IMG/VR virus record: IMGVR_UViG_3300042566_001780
Location: 124,001 to 188,000 of that record
DNA: 64,000 nucleotides
Direction: 5' to 3' (one strand)
Position 1 is the first letter of the stretch. Every line of letters begins with the position of its first letter. The translations under genes and the position numbers were made by a program. Shown here piece by piece: positions 30,001-38,146 of this stretch. The notes under the pieces are model-generated. The model ran no database searches. It was not told the origin of the DNA and saw nothing but the letters and a program-made list of their open reading frames with translations.

Positions 30001-30935
30001 GCGCTGATGGCATCACCTGGCAAGTTAGCAATTCATTAGTTAGTACTGATTGGGGTAGAAATCCTATAACATCAATAGTTTGGGCTAATGGAAAATTCCA
30101 TATTTTTGGATATAATGGAAAGACCGCTTTTAGCTCGGACGGATTAACCTGGCAATTTAATAATAAAATTAGACTAACAGAATGGGGAATTGATAAAGAT
30201 ATTTTCTGCTCTTTTGCAAATGATGAAATCATTTACGCTGGGGGGACTGATGGATACCTAGTTTTTAGCGATGATTTTGTTGGTATTGAAATGCATTCCG
30301 ATTTCAATAATGGTGCAGATTCTGCCGTTATTGATTATCTAGTGACAGGATATTCCTCAAGAAACGAATATTTTAGTGTCAAAAAACAGCAAACTTTGAG
30401 TAAGGCTAAAACTGGAAATATTGCAACAGCCACATTTGGAGTAAACATTACTGGCCAAATAACACCAGCAAATGCAAGCACGTTTATTGCTAATACTGCA
30501 ATAGGAACTGCGCAAATTGCTGATGCAAGCGTAGAGACATTAAAGATTGCCGGTAATGCAGTTACCGTTCCGGCTTCAGCGTATACTGCCGCTGCATTTA
30601 CGCTGACTACAACATTTGCTGTTATTCAATCAGTTGTAGTTGATTTGCAGAGCGATATTCCGATACCAGTGATAATAACCTCATCATTTACTTTAAGTGG
30701 CGCAACGGTATCTCAGTTTAGAATTCTTCGTGGAACCACTGTGTTGTTTACATCTGGTGAAATAGTGCAGGGGACTGATGGCATAAATAAACCAACATCA
30801 CCTATTTCTATTGCTATTGGTGATACTGCTCCAATAGGAACGTCTACATATTACCTAGAAGCTAGATATGTAAGCGGGTTTACTGCTAGAACTGCCGCGA
30901 CTAGAAATCTAACAATATTAGGTGTAAAGAAATGA
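24093..30935 (+). CDS. Giant tail fibre / receptor-binding protein (2280 aa) with ILEI-like domain and about 30 Asp-box (BNR) repeats
   Basis: Three LSNExHV modules; ILEI/PANDER-like segment RGHKLVVLN...VVILTTYDA...SHAFIGQKG; about 30 copies of a ~44-aa unit KVATSPDGITWTYQSGLxSTAW...INWNGSQYLVxG. Confidence 0.8.
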   Translation: MPTLVSSGDITISDVNDGLNARLSNESHVIPTDADGLNGDFSGCSTTISVFVGPIDDSANWTITALASPGLTGTLAGRTYTVTALSGDIGYVDLTASKTGFPSITSRFSVSKAVAGTNGQDASQIAVVATQWDYRDDDAAWGIRINGTLQTGAARGHKLVVLNPATNTVSINQNYDTYGSVSNTDSLAAAISAVADGLVVILTTYDATQCNQNLRNALRLCGSESTETWATQRKSHAFIGQKGLPIGAAYEKTGFGTTSAGTSRVAAYFTTSGVVRNGSTAFNAVSAILSNEAHVFTASTAGVVASYVGSGTELRVYDGTVLLTYDGSGTLPGTWKFTNVASNITIGAISDSGAFATIGDHSGVADGVDTSSITYTITGKSLINSDFTLVKVQTFSKAKRGIEGDNAISVTLSNETHVFPATYTNIVSNYRNSGTEIQVLEGATELAYDAAGLTPGTWKVDTSSSNIVAGPVKKFILGDDWVFNDGMGSSGWGVNTAVTCIIWANNQFIAGGTNGKIATSSDGITWSVNENLSKTGWGDSVILDIIWTGVQYVLVGANATYSSDLSIWYANGSINSTAVATSSDGINWEYQPDLNLKTNNGALCIAWNGSKYVAGGQAGLIATSLDAKTWEISTNLSSTAWGTNVSGDSVDVLDINWNGSQFLAVGVLGRVATSPDGVTWTYQAGLTSTAWGTSLTGAVRSINWNGSQYVIVGQGGRVATSPNGITWTYQSGLASTAWGAGAIYSINWNGSQYIVVGASGKVATSPDGITWTYQSGITSVWGSSYDAFTVIWNGSKYVVGGVSGSVATSADGITWANQGGLAGTDKWLDSPVNSGTLLSRYAIIGGDGAKLAVRFNDEWEFQDAFAIKSAIDLTVLDFNGSQYIVGGTNATLAISSDGIYWTYQDGLANASWGTSATYDINWNGFQYMAVGAGGRVATSPDGITWTYQSSLASTTWATATAYSISWNGSQYVIVGTLGRVATSPDGITWTYQGGLASTTWSTATARCIVWNGSQYLVVGQSGRVATSPDGITWTYQGGLRATSWGTLDTVFDVHWNGSQYLVVGDSGKVATSPDGITWTNQTGLSSTTWGTVNEIYSIGWDGSQYVVCGMDGDIATSFDGITWKYQAGLWNTPWGALDYANSIIWDGTQFLVVGDNRKLATSVDGVNWKFKPNLSGWKNSGNVNHLANIDNTVYALGSAGNIACSNNLIDWTFLAPVGAVDIGAVSLTGIAKSANDTLCAIGSNNLVMVGNENQNLSLRLGYASINTRFFANTANKINWNGTQYLAVGNDASIATSVDGVTWVNQVGLISADWGISNINDVHWNGSQYVVVGNSGKVATSPDGITWTNQTGLSSTAWGIDDIFAVAWNGSQYIVGSNYGGIATSPDGITWTYRSGLASTTWGAAAVRAINWNGSQYLVAGASGKVATSPDGITWAYQGGLTSTTWGTTTAYFVNWNGSQYLIGGAAGRIATSPDGITWTYRSGLASTTWGSASTAIVYSINWNGSQYLVAGGSGKVATSPDGITWTYQSGLTSTAWSSSAVFSISWNGSQYLVVGELGKVASSTTGVSWVYGRRLTSTTWGGSDINDIVWNGSQYLVIGDSGKVATSTTGVSWSYQPLLQDTLWRSTNINAINWNGSQYLICGEGGAIATSPNGVTWTYQSGLTSTAWGTTAVYAINWNGSQYLIAGGSGKVATSPDGITWTNQTGLSSTAWGTNTIYSISWGGSQYVIAGNSGAIATSPNGVTWTYQGGLASTAWATSAVRSIVWNGSQYLVAGASGKVATSPNGVTWTYQGGLASTAWGAEIVYSISWNGSRYIVAGGDIGSTGKVATSSNGVTWTFADINNDSSSTPILTKSYYDGTRFILCSSGQLWFSTVGDISFLYPTWTITQALPAGSEWNTNTYASSIAWGNNVFCVVGEYGRVATSVDGNIWIHQELLNSIGGWNYSNINQVIFANGVFCIIGDYGNTAISADGITWQVSNSLVSTDWGRNPITSIVWANGKFHIFGYNGKTAFSSDGLTWQFNNKIRLTEWGIDKDIFCSFANDEIIYAGGTDGYLVFSDDFVGIEMHSDFNNGADSAVIDYLVTGYSSRNEYFSVKKQQTLSKAKTGNIATATFGVNITGQITPANASTFIANTAIGTAQIADASVETLKIAGNAVTVPASAYTAAAFTLTTTFAVIQSVVVDLQSDIPIPVIITSSFTLSGATVSQFRILRGTTVLFTSGEIVQGTDGINKPTSPISIAIGDTAPIGTSTYYLEARYVSGFTARTAATRNLTILGVKK
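25570..30290 (+). repeat. Tandem ~132-bp coding repeats within the tail fibre gene
   Basis: Near-identical blocks, e.g. GCAACTAGCCCAGATGGAATAACTTGGACATATAGAAGTGGATTAGCAAGCACAACGTGGGG at about 28237 and 28500. Boundaries are approximate. Confidence 0.85.
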
Positions 30936-31345
30936 AATTTACAATTTTCAATGTAACTACTGGAGAAATAGCTAAAAATGTCGATTGCTCAGAATCTACA
31001 ATTTTATTGCAGTATGATCCCTTAGAATATTCGCATATACCAGGAGAATGGGATTATTTTTCCACATACATAGAAAATGGCATCCCAATCCAAATGCCAG
31101 AGCGCCCAAGTGAATTTCACATCTTTGATTATTCTATTAAGGAATGGGTAGACCCAAGAACGCCAGATTCTGAATGGCTATTAGTTAGACAAAAACGAAA
31201 TCAATTGTTAGCTGAGTGTGATTGGACACAACTTCCAGATGTGCCGCTGCCAACCAAAGAGATATGGGCAATTTACCGTCAAGAATTAAGAGATATAACG
31301 CTTCAACCTGACCCATTTAATATTATTTGGCCTGAACAACCTTGA
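30932..31345 (+). CDS. Tail fibre assembly chaperone (XkdW-like C-terminus)
   Basis: VRQKRNQLLAECDWTQLPDVP...WAIYRQELRDIT...IIWPEQP. Confidence 0.85.
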   Translation: MKFTIFNVTTGEIAKNVDCSESTILLQYDPLEYSHIPGEWDYFSTYIENGIPIQMPERPSEFHIFDYSIKEWVDPRTPDSEWLLVRQKRNQLLAECDWTQLPDVPLPTKEIWAIYRQELRDITLQPDPFNIIWPEQP

Positions 31346-31392
31346 ATATGTTATAAAATAAATTTTCCATATAAATTCATAACATTATAAAT

Positions 31393-32646
31393 TTATAGAA
31401 CACCAACTAAACTTGTCGGTGATTGGAAAATTCTAAAAGACTCTTCACTAGGAAGAGGAACGCGATATTTCAATTTCGCTTTCTTTAGCCAGTCATGCAG
31501 CTCTTTCCACGAACTTACCATAGGTATCTGGGTTTCCTTCCATAGGTCCTCTAGATACCCCTTAGATGGGAGTTCAGGATAAAACTTTTTGCTTTTCTGG
31601 ATTACTACTTCATAGCCGCGCCTAGCAATTTCGCATGATGCGGCTATTGGATCTGGCAATGTTGGGTTTAGCACATTACCAATTGTTGACGAATAGGCGG
31701 CATTTATTTCACACAGTTTGAAATATTTTGATAAGACGGCTTTTAGTGTAGCTTTCTTCCATTGATTTTTGCAAAGCCGATTTAAATTTTTGCCTTTACC
31801 AATAGAACCACTTTTAAAATTTAACTGCTCAATAAAAAGAGTTTTCACATGCATATGCTGTAACCAGCGAGAAATTGCATGTCCTATTTCTCTAGTTTCA
31901 TGTTGGAGCTTATCAGCAGATGCCCGTTTGCCAGTTAAACTTTTCAAAGAAAATAATTTTGTTTCAACAATCTTATTTCCATCAAAAATGGATATGCCGA
32001 TGTAATTTGGGTTTAAGTCAATTCCAGCATACCTATTTGCTAAAGGTTTAGCGATAGGTTTTATGCTTTTCTTGACTTTAGAATCATCAAAAGACAAACA
32101 AATATGTTGCGAAGTGAGCGACACCGTAATTGGCAAACTCTTACTATTTGCCAGTGTAATTGCAAATTGCCATAGCTTACTCCAATTTTTCCTCATTTTT
32201 GGCAAAGAAATAAGGACCTGCTTACCTTGCCATGGCTTAAACAATACAGAATCTGCACCAAAACTAAATTTTCTATTGCCTTTAGCTGGAGACTCACCAA
32301 TAAGATAAACCGGATTTAGGCGTAGCTCTTTCCATTCGTCATTTGAGATCAAACCTTTAGCACGTCTGACTAGATTTTTAACTCCGCCAAAAACTCTACT
32401 TGTTCTATCAGTCTCAGAGTCAGCTCTAAACATACCAATACCACACTTAACAGCAGATTGTTGAAACCATGAATCTAATTGATCTTTGAACCTAGTTCTA
32501 ATTTCTGCTCTAACTGAAATTTCTGCGCACCCATAAGACGCCTGCTTGTAAGCAGTGCGAATCATCGAAGACTGCGCTATTTGCAGTTCTTTAATGAACT
32601 TAGCATCCTCTTCAGATAATTGTATTGGAAATTTCAGAGTGATCAT
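31393..32646 (-). CDS. tnpB: TnpB-like RNA-guided RuvC nuclease lacking the CxxC zinc finger
   Basis: RuvC-I AGIDLNP, RuvC-II LFIEQL, NAAYSSTIG, RuvC-III DPIAASCEI. Confidence 0.8.
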   Translation of the reverse strand: MITLKFPIQLSEEDAKFIKELQIAQSSMIRTAYKQASYGCAEISVRAEIRTRFKDQLDSWFQQSAVKCGIGMFRADSETDRTSRVFGGVKNLVRRAKGLISNDEWKELRLNPVYLIGESPAKGNRKFSFGADSVLFKPWQGKQVLISLPKMRKNWSKLWQFAITLANSKSLPITVSLTSQHICLSFDDSKVKKSIKPIAKPLANRYAGIDLNPNYIGISIFDGNKIVETKLFSLKSLTGKRASADKLQHETREIGHAISRWLQHMHVKTLFIEQLNFKSGSIGKGKNLNRLCKNQWKKATLKAVLSKYFKLCEINAAYSSTIGNVLNPTLPDPIAASCEIARRGYEVVIQKSKKFYPELPSKGYLEDLWKETQIPMVSSWKELHDWLKKAKLKYRVPLPSEESFRIFQSPTSLVGVL

Positions 32647-32670
32647 GACGAAATTGTTTTGTATGCTTGA

Positions 32671-33264
32671 TTATCTATTTATATCTTTTGCCATTTCTTT
32701 AGCAAATTCTTTGAGCTCTTTTCTTCGATTGGAATAAATTTTCATTGAAAAGTGATGAATGATTGAAACTAAATCTTGAGTTAACTCAATTTGGAAATCT
32801 TCCTCAACTGTTGCATTAATTGGTACAATCTTCACATCAAAATGCGCAAGGAAATTTTCAATATATCCATAACCAAATCTCGTCAATCTATCCTTATATG
32901 TCACATAAATTGTATCAATCTCTTTTGCAATACATTTACTAATTAGTTTGTTAAAAGATTTTCTAGATTCATTCATGCCAGATGCAATATCTTCAAACTC
33001 CTCGTCGATTATCACCCCGTTGGCACTGGCATATGATCTAAGTGTCTGTTTTTGCCTTATCAAATCATCTTTTTGCTTAGTTGTACTAACTCTAGCATAA
33101 ATGACTTTTTTCCTAGATTTAACTATTTCCTCTTCGAGGGGAAAATATAAAAATTTTCCAGATGGTAATTTTGAAAATTTAATGTGACCAGCCAATCTCC
33201 AGTTATGGAGAGTTTGACTACTAATCTTGTATTTTTCTTTAACCTGTTTAGCTGAAAGGTACAT
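32671..33264 (-). CDS. tnpA: IS607-family serine recombinase/transposase TnpA
   Basis: N-terminal MerR-like HTH, IYARVST, DLIRQ, EDIASGMN, VTYKDRLTRFG, ELTQDLVSIIHHFSMKIYSNRR. Confidence 0.92.
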   Translation of the reverse strand: MYLSAKQVKEKYKISSQTLHNWRLAGHIKFSKLPSGKFLYFPLEEEIVKSRKKVIYARVSTTKQKDDLIRQKQTLRSYASANGVIIDEEFEDIASGMNESRKSFNKLISKCIAKEIDTIYVTYKDRLTRFGYGYIENFLAHFDVKIVPINATVEEDFQIELTQDLVSIIHHFSMKIYSNRRKELKEFAKEMAKDINR

Positions 33265-33348
33265 ATAAAATATTTTTATGAACTATCATCTATTTATACG
33301 ATTTTGGCGATAAATGTTATAATAGCTCTAAAAAATAGAGGAGCTATT

Positions 33349-33648
33349 ATGTCGACGTCTGCACAAACTTGGTACAAAGCAAAGTTACTTCCTGCTGCGC
33401 AAAGTATCTTTACGGATTCTTTCTATCCAGAAGCCAAAAAGACAGGCACACAGTATGTGTGGTTCACTCAAGTTGATCCGTCTCCCTCTCATTCAAAAGT
33501 CTTAGTAGCGTCAAAACTTGCCGAAGGCTATCTTCGTATGATCACCCTTGAGTTAGCAAAACATTGCCTTGAACCTAAACAAAAAGCATCAAAAGCTGAA
33601 ATGGATCAGCTTAATGCTTTGATGCTTTCTTTGAAAGATAAAATCTAA
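33349..33648 (+). CDS. Hypothetical protein
   Basis: RBS GAGGAG before ATG 33349; TATAAT upstream. Confidence 0.7.
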   Translation: MSTSAQTWYKAKLLPAAQSIFTDSFYPEAKKTGTQYVWFTQVDPSPSHSKVLVASKLAEGYLRMITLELAKHCLEPKQKASKAEMDQLNALMLSLKDKI

Positions 33649-34140
33649 ATGAACAAGAATGTTCTATGGCTCGATCTTGAAGACACAATCATCGAGCCTG
33701 TGTTGAATGGATGGGGAAATGTCTCTCTTATCCCAGGTAAAATTGAAAAAATCAAAAATTTCATGAGGGAATACAAACCTGATGAAGTGAACATTTTTTC
33801 ATTTGCGATTCATAATGACTTTGAGAAACGTGGATTTGAGCATTTCGTGAAACCCTGGCTGGAAGAGAAGCTTGAATGCAAGTTCATGATGATTCCAACT
33901 GTAGATGATGAGATCAAATCTGCATGTTGTGCCCAATTGATGCTTGCGCGAAATGCAGTCACCTTCTCAGACATGGTAGAATTTTGGGGCAAGCAAATTG
34001 CATTTAGGCTGTTCATCAGGCACCATTTTCATAATCAAGAAGTAACACTGTTTGATGATGCAGTTCACGATGAAATCGTGTTTTTGCCTGAGAACAACAC
34101 ACGTATTGAAATTTTCAACATCGACAATTATGGACAATAA
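33649..34140 (+). CDS. HAD-superfamily-like protein
   Basis: LWLDLEDT (DxD-like motif I) and LFDD (motif IV). Confidence 0.6.
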   Translation: MNKNVLWLDLEDTIIEPVLNGWGNVSLIPGKIEKIKNFMREYKPDEVNIFSFAIHNDFEKRGFEHFVKPWLEEKLECKFMMIPTVDDEIKSACCAQLMLARNAVTFSDMVEFWGKQIAFRLFIRHHFHNQEVTLFDDAVHDEIVFLPENNTRIEIFNIDNYGQ

Positions 34141-34411
34141 TCAAGCACAATTCCAGCAATTTTCTGACACTATCACTTTTTCTAAGCAGCAAATTCTTGA
34201 AGCGTTGCTTAAGAAAATTGTGAAAGTGAAATTCACAAAAGCAGATGGATCTATCACTGAAATGGAATGTACTCTCAATGATGCGTTGATTCCACAAAAC
34301 GCTAAAACATCTGAATCTACAAGTGAAAGCGAACTTGTGATTCGTTGCTACTCTATTGATCGCCAGGGTTGGCGATCATTTCGCATTGATCGATTAATTG
34401 AACTCTCCTAA
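34130..34411 (+). CDS. WYL/SH3-like small phage protein
   Basis: Start moved to ATG 34130. VKVKFTKADGSITEMECTL...WRSFRIDRL. Confidence 0.7.
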   Translation: MDNNQAQFQQFSDTITFSKQQILEALLKKIVKVKFTKADGSITEMECTLNDALIPQNAKTSESTSESELVIRCYSIDRQGWRSFRIDRLIELS

Positions 34412-34419
34412 GGAAATCT

Positions 34420-34728
34420 ATGAACATCAAAATTTTCAAACCTATTTCTGGACCTGAAATCATTGCAGAACTGTTGAATGAAGGAGCAGAATTCTATCGA
34501 ATTTCACGACCACTCACTATTCATGTTATGCGTGGACCAGATGGAAATCCGTCTCTTGCATTTTCTGAATTTTCAATGGTGACTGCAGATAAGAGTCCAG
34601 TGATTCTTTACAAGTCTGCGCTGATTTGTGAACCAATGGAGCCGGTTCCTGAAATTGCAGCAAATTACCAGCAGAATGTGACAGGTCTTATTCTCCCACA
34701 ATCGAATGGGCAAATCCTAACAGGCTAA
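34420..34728 (+). CDS. Hypothetical protein (Sm-like fold typical of T4-like phages)
   Basis: KIFKPISGPEIIAEL...YRISRPL pattern. Confidence 0.6.
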   Translation: MNIKIFKPISGPEIIAELLNEGAEFYRISRPLTIHVMRGPDGNPSLAFSEFSMVTADKSPVILYKSALICEPMEPVPEIAANYQQNVTGLILPQSNGQILTG

Positions 34729-34731
34729 ATC

Positions 34732-34755
34732 AAAAGGTGCAAATTTGCACCTTTT
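34732..34755. terminator. Perfect 24-bp palindromic terminator
   Basis: AAAAGGTGCAAA|TTTGCACCTTTT. Confidence 0.7.
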
Positions 34756-34803
34756 CTGTATATTGCGCTAAATAATAAAAGATTGCCTTTTGGAGAGACT
34801 TTT

Positions 34804-35529
34804 ATGTCCATTTTACGTGAATTGATTAAACTGCAAGAGAATGCTGATGATATTAAGGTCGTTAAGTCTAATGAACCTTTAGAGTTGTCTGACATTGTTG
34901 AATATTTTCCGTCTAAGCATACAGCAGTGTTAGACAAACTTTGGGGAACTGAACGTTTGACTTGGCATGGTAAAAAGTTCTTTGATGCTAATAATCTCGG
35001 TGATGTTTATGTAGAAGCAGAAGACGCCGTAGATGCTGTTATTGGAGATGTATCTATTGATGCGGGTATTACCTTATCTCCCGTATATCGTTCAAATCTC
35101 CCTGAATTAGATTTTGATCCTGACACTATCGAGTGGCAATCAAAGATCGGCAAGAATGATAAGCAAGAAGTGTATCTTGGCTATGATCCAAAGACTGATA
35201 AGCTCTACATGGGTTTTGATGCTTGGATTGATGAGCAAGATTACAATGACGCCTTTGACGAGCAATTTGAACGTATTGTTGGTGAGCGCTTTGATGATGA
35301 AAACAAAGTCCATGAAGCGATCGCTGAAGAAACATGGAAAAAGTATACGAAGTCCAAGCAGAGCTTTTATGGAATCATTTTTGAAATTTCATATGATGAA
35401 GGTTCAAACTCGATTGATGAAGCATTAGAGTTACCGCAATTTACGAATCCTGGCGGGTTCTATGGTGGCGACTGCTATGGCGAGTTCAAGCGCCAATACC
35501 CTAACGTGATTGATCTTCGTTTGGACTAA
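34804..35529 (+). CDS. Acidic late hypothetical protein, possible internal head protein
   Basis: Late promoter at 34768; start MSILRELIKLQE. Confidence 0.65.
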   Translation: MSILRELIKLQENADDIKVVKSNEPLELSDIVEYFPSKHTAVLDKLWGTERLTWHGKKFFDANNLGDVYVEAEDAVDAVIGDVSIDAGITLSPVYRSNLPELDFDPDTIEWQSKIGKNDKQEVYLGYDPKTDKLYMGFDAWIDEQDYNDAFDEQFERIVGERFDDENKVHEAIAEETWKKYTKSKQSFYGIIFEISYDEGSNSIDEALELPQFTNPGGFYGGDCYGEFKRQYPNVIDLRLD

Positions 35530-35531
35530 AG

Positions 35532-36326
35532 ATGACTGCACATTTATCCGAGCAAGAATTTGACTTTTCGAAAAGTGTAGAACATGCGCTTTCGAAAACC
35601 CTCGACTTAGCAAAATCTGCTTATGTTAACGTCAAAGCTGCTCGTGATGAATACCAAACAAAACAGTCTGAACAAGATGAAGTTACCGATGATGCAGAAG
35701 CTGCTAGAAATGAAATAGAAGTTTCTGCATCAACAATAATTGCTAACTTGATTTTAGACACTGAAGATCCATCCGAAAAAGATATGGAAGCATTTGCTGA
35801 ATTATCTGATGATGAGCTTCAAGAAATTATTACAAAAATAGATGAGATTGCAAAAAACTTTAAACAAATTCCATCAGAGATGTTTAAGGCTTTGCAAGTA
35901 GCAGATTTCTTAGATGCGAGTGATAAAAATAGAGAAACTATCTCTAAAATAACATCTGAAGTCGATACTGCGTTATTGCCAAAAGTAGGCAAAACCATGA
36001 ACAACAATCACAGATATATTGTTGATTTATGGCAAGAAGTTATTGAATCCTATGACGGGAAAACATTCCAATCTGGATTCATTAAAACATTAAAAAAGCT
36101 GTCACAAGAAAATCAAAAGATTAACCAATCACGGGTAGGGATTGGTTCTTTTTTGTATGTGGGTACTAAACTTGTTGAAGTGTTTAGAGCCCAACTTCAA
36201 GTTTTAGAGGTAAGACTGAAGAAACTTAAAACTTTGGTACTAAAAGAGATGTCTACTAATATAGACCGTCCTATTACTAAAGAGCACCTCAAAGCTGTCA
36301 AGTCGCTAGTCCAAAAAATGAAGTAG
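35532..36326 (+). CDS. Helical hypothetical protein
   Basis: 264-aa ORF directly after 35529. Confidence 0.7.
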   Translation: MTAHLSEQEFDFSKSVEHALSKTLDLAKSAYVNVKAARDEYQTKQSEQDEVTDDAEAARNEIEVSASTIIANLILDTEDPSEKDMEAFAELSDDELQEIITKIDEIAKNFKQIPSEMFKALQVADFLDASDKNRETISKITSEVDTALLPKVGKTMNNNHRYIVDLWQEVIESYDGKTFQSGFIKTLKKLSQENQKINQSRVGIGSFLYVGTKLVEVFRAQLQVLEVRLKKLKTLVLKEMSTNIDRPITKEHLKAVKSLVQKMK

Positions 36327-36358
36327 ACCAAAGGTCACCATCATGGTAGAATTATACC

Positions 36359-36577
36359 ATGATCATTACTTCAAAACCCAAACTCTCCCCCGTTACTGCT
36401 GACCAAATTGTTCTTCGCCTTGAGGGTATTACCTTGAGTGCAAAGCAACGAGAGCTTGCAGTTCCTCATATCAATAGTTTCCATGAAGGAAAAATTTCGT
36501 ATATGCGAATGCTAGACTATGTCAAACGCGCATGCAGTCGAAATAAAGTTTCTCTACTGAATCATCATGATGCCTAA
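36359..36577 (+). CDS. Hypothetical protein
   Basis: 72-aa ORF overlapping the next start. Confidence 0.55.
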   Translation: MIITSKPKLSPVTADQIVLRLEGITLSAKQRELAVPHINSFHEGKISYMRMLDYVKRACSRNKVSLLNHHDA

Positions 36578-36755
36578 CTTCAAAACAATTGCTCTTCATG
36601 TAGTTGTGGCTCTATTAACCCTTGGGTTTCTTGTGCCGCCTTTCATTAACTCAACAAGCACTTTTCTCGTTATCATTGGTTTCATTCTTGCAATTGCCAG
36701 TGTGGGTTTGATTGTTTTGTCTGCTGTAAAAATTTACTTTTTCTTCCACAAATGA
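36567..36755 (+). CDS. Small two-TM membrane protein
   Basis: Two hydrophobic helices; precedes the SPFH gene. Confidence 0.65.
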   Translation: MMPNFKTIALHVVVALLTLGFLVPPFINSTSTFLVIIGFILAIASVGLIVLSAVKIYFFFHK

Positions 36756-36768
36756 GGATTTCTCAAAA

Positions 36769-37653
36769 ATGTCTAATCAATTGAAAGTTAAGTTATTCGG
36801 CATTCTGCTGGCACTATCAGGATTCTTCGGGTTGCTATACATAGCCGTGTTTTTAGAACGTGTGCCAGTAGGTCATGTTGGTGTTATTGTTAATCTACTT
36901 GGATCGGACAAAGGTGTTTCAATCCAGGAAGTTGGTCCAGGTCGACATTTTGTCGGCATCAACCAAAAGCTCTACACCTTCCCAACATTCACTATGACAG
37001 TTGGATGGACAGCAGATTCAAATCCTGAAGTGGGATCACCAAATAATGAGGAAATGAGTTTCCAAACATCTGATGGTCTAGTTGTGACTGCAGATGTCGG
37101 AGCATCAGTTAGTGTAGATCCAAGTAAAGTTTCTATCCTATTCCAAAAGTATCGAAAAGGCATGGATGAAATTGTCGATTCTTATGTTCGACGAAATATT
37201 CAAGATGCTTTGGTTCGAAAAGCCGGCGTAATGGGTGTAGAATCTGTCTATGGCGCTGGTAAGAATGAACTGCTGAATGCTGCCTTTGAGGATGTTAAGA
37301 AAGAGATGGCGGATCTCGGGATTATCATTGAAAAAATGTACTGGATTGGTCAGATTCGTCTCCCTGAAGTGGTGGTGACTGCAATCAACAAGAAGATCTC
37401 TGCTACCCAAGAAGCTGAACAGCGTCGAAATGAAGTTGAAAAAGCTAAAGCCCAAGCTGCAATTGAACGCGAAAAAGCGCAAGGCGAAGCTGATGCTGTG
37501 CTGATCGCCGCTGAGGCTCAAGCAGAAGCTAACCGTAAGTTGAGTGCGTCAATCACCAAAGAGCTGAATGACTATCGGTCTATTGAGAAATGGGATGGAA
37601 AGACCCCACAATATATGACAGGTCCAGTGCCTTTCGTCAACTTGCAAAAATGA
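36769..37653 (+). CDS. SPFH/Band-7 (prohibitin-like) membrane protein
   Basis: TM, RVPVGHVGVIVN, FQTSDGLVVTADV, LPEVVVTAINKKI, EAQAEANRKL, KWDG. Confidence 0.9.
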   Translation: MSNQLKVKLFGILLALSGFFGLLYIAVFLERVPVGHVGVIVNLLGSDKGVSIQEVGPGRHFVGINQKLYTFPTFTMTVGWTADSNPEVGSPNNEEMSFQTSDGLVVTADVGASVSVDPSKVSILFQKYRKGMDEIVDSYVRRNIQDALVRKAGVMGVESVYGAGKNELLNAAFEDVKKEMADLGIIIEKMYWIGQIRLPEVVVTAINKKISATQEAEQRRNEVEKAKAQAAIEREKAQGEADAVLIAAEAQAEANRKLSASITKELNDYRSIEKWDGKTPQYMTGPVPFVNLQK

Positions 37654-37695
37654 GTTGTATAATGGGAAGACTAATAATCTTCCCATTTTCATCAA

Positions 37696-38139
37696 ATGAA
37701 AAACCTCTACGCTACACAGAAACTTTGGGCTCGTCGGTGGATGGCTCTTGGATCTTTTCTGTACAAAATTTTCAAAGTGCCAATCAACTTTGTACTTTTT
37801 TGTATTAGAATTCCAATCGACTTCTATAAATTTTTGAAGGAAGAACCCGGCGCGGCAATATTTGTAAGCGTTGTCATTTCACTAGTTTTTTCGGTGATCT
37901 TTGCAGTATATACAGACGTACAATTGCAAAAACCAGCTGAAGGTCATCTCATAGCTGAAGTTATGGCAATTGACGGATGTACCGAAAATACTATGAAGCT
38001 GCGAGCAGAACGTCAATCTTCTCCAATGACGCGACGAGATGTTCAGCGTGTCAAAGAAGACTGTGAGAAATACTGGGAAGATCAACGCATTCTTAAAGAG
38101 CAAAAAGAAGCACTTCTGAAAAAAGCTAGACTTCTGTGA
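37696..38139 (+). CDS. Membrane-associated hypothetical protein
   Basis: One TM helix (AAIFVSVVISLVFSVIFAVY). Confidence 0.65.
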   Translation: MKNLYATQKLWARRWMALGSFLYKIFKVPINFVLFCIRIPIDFYKFLKEEPGAAIFVSVVISLVFSVIFAVYTDVQLQKPAEGHLIAEVMAIDGCTENTMKLRAERQSSPMTRRDVQRVKEDCEKYWEDQRILKEQKEALLKKARLL

Positions 38140-38146
38140 GATTATC

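Larger units (their letters stand above)
31393..33264 (-). mobile_element. IS607-family element (tnpA + tnpB); exact ends not determined
   Basis: Serine recombinase gene followed by a TnpB nuclease gene, antisense to flanking phage genes. Confidence 0.85.
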
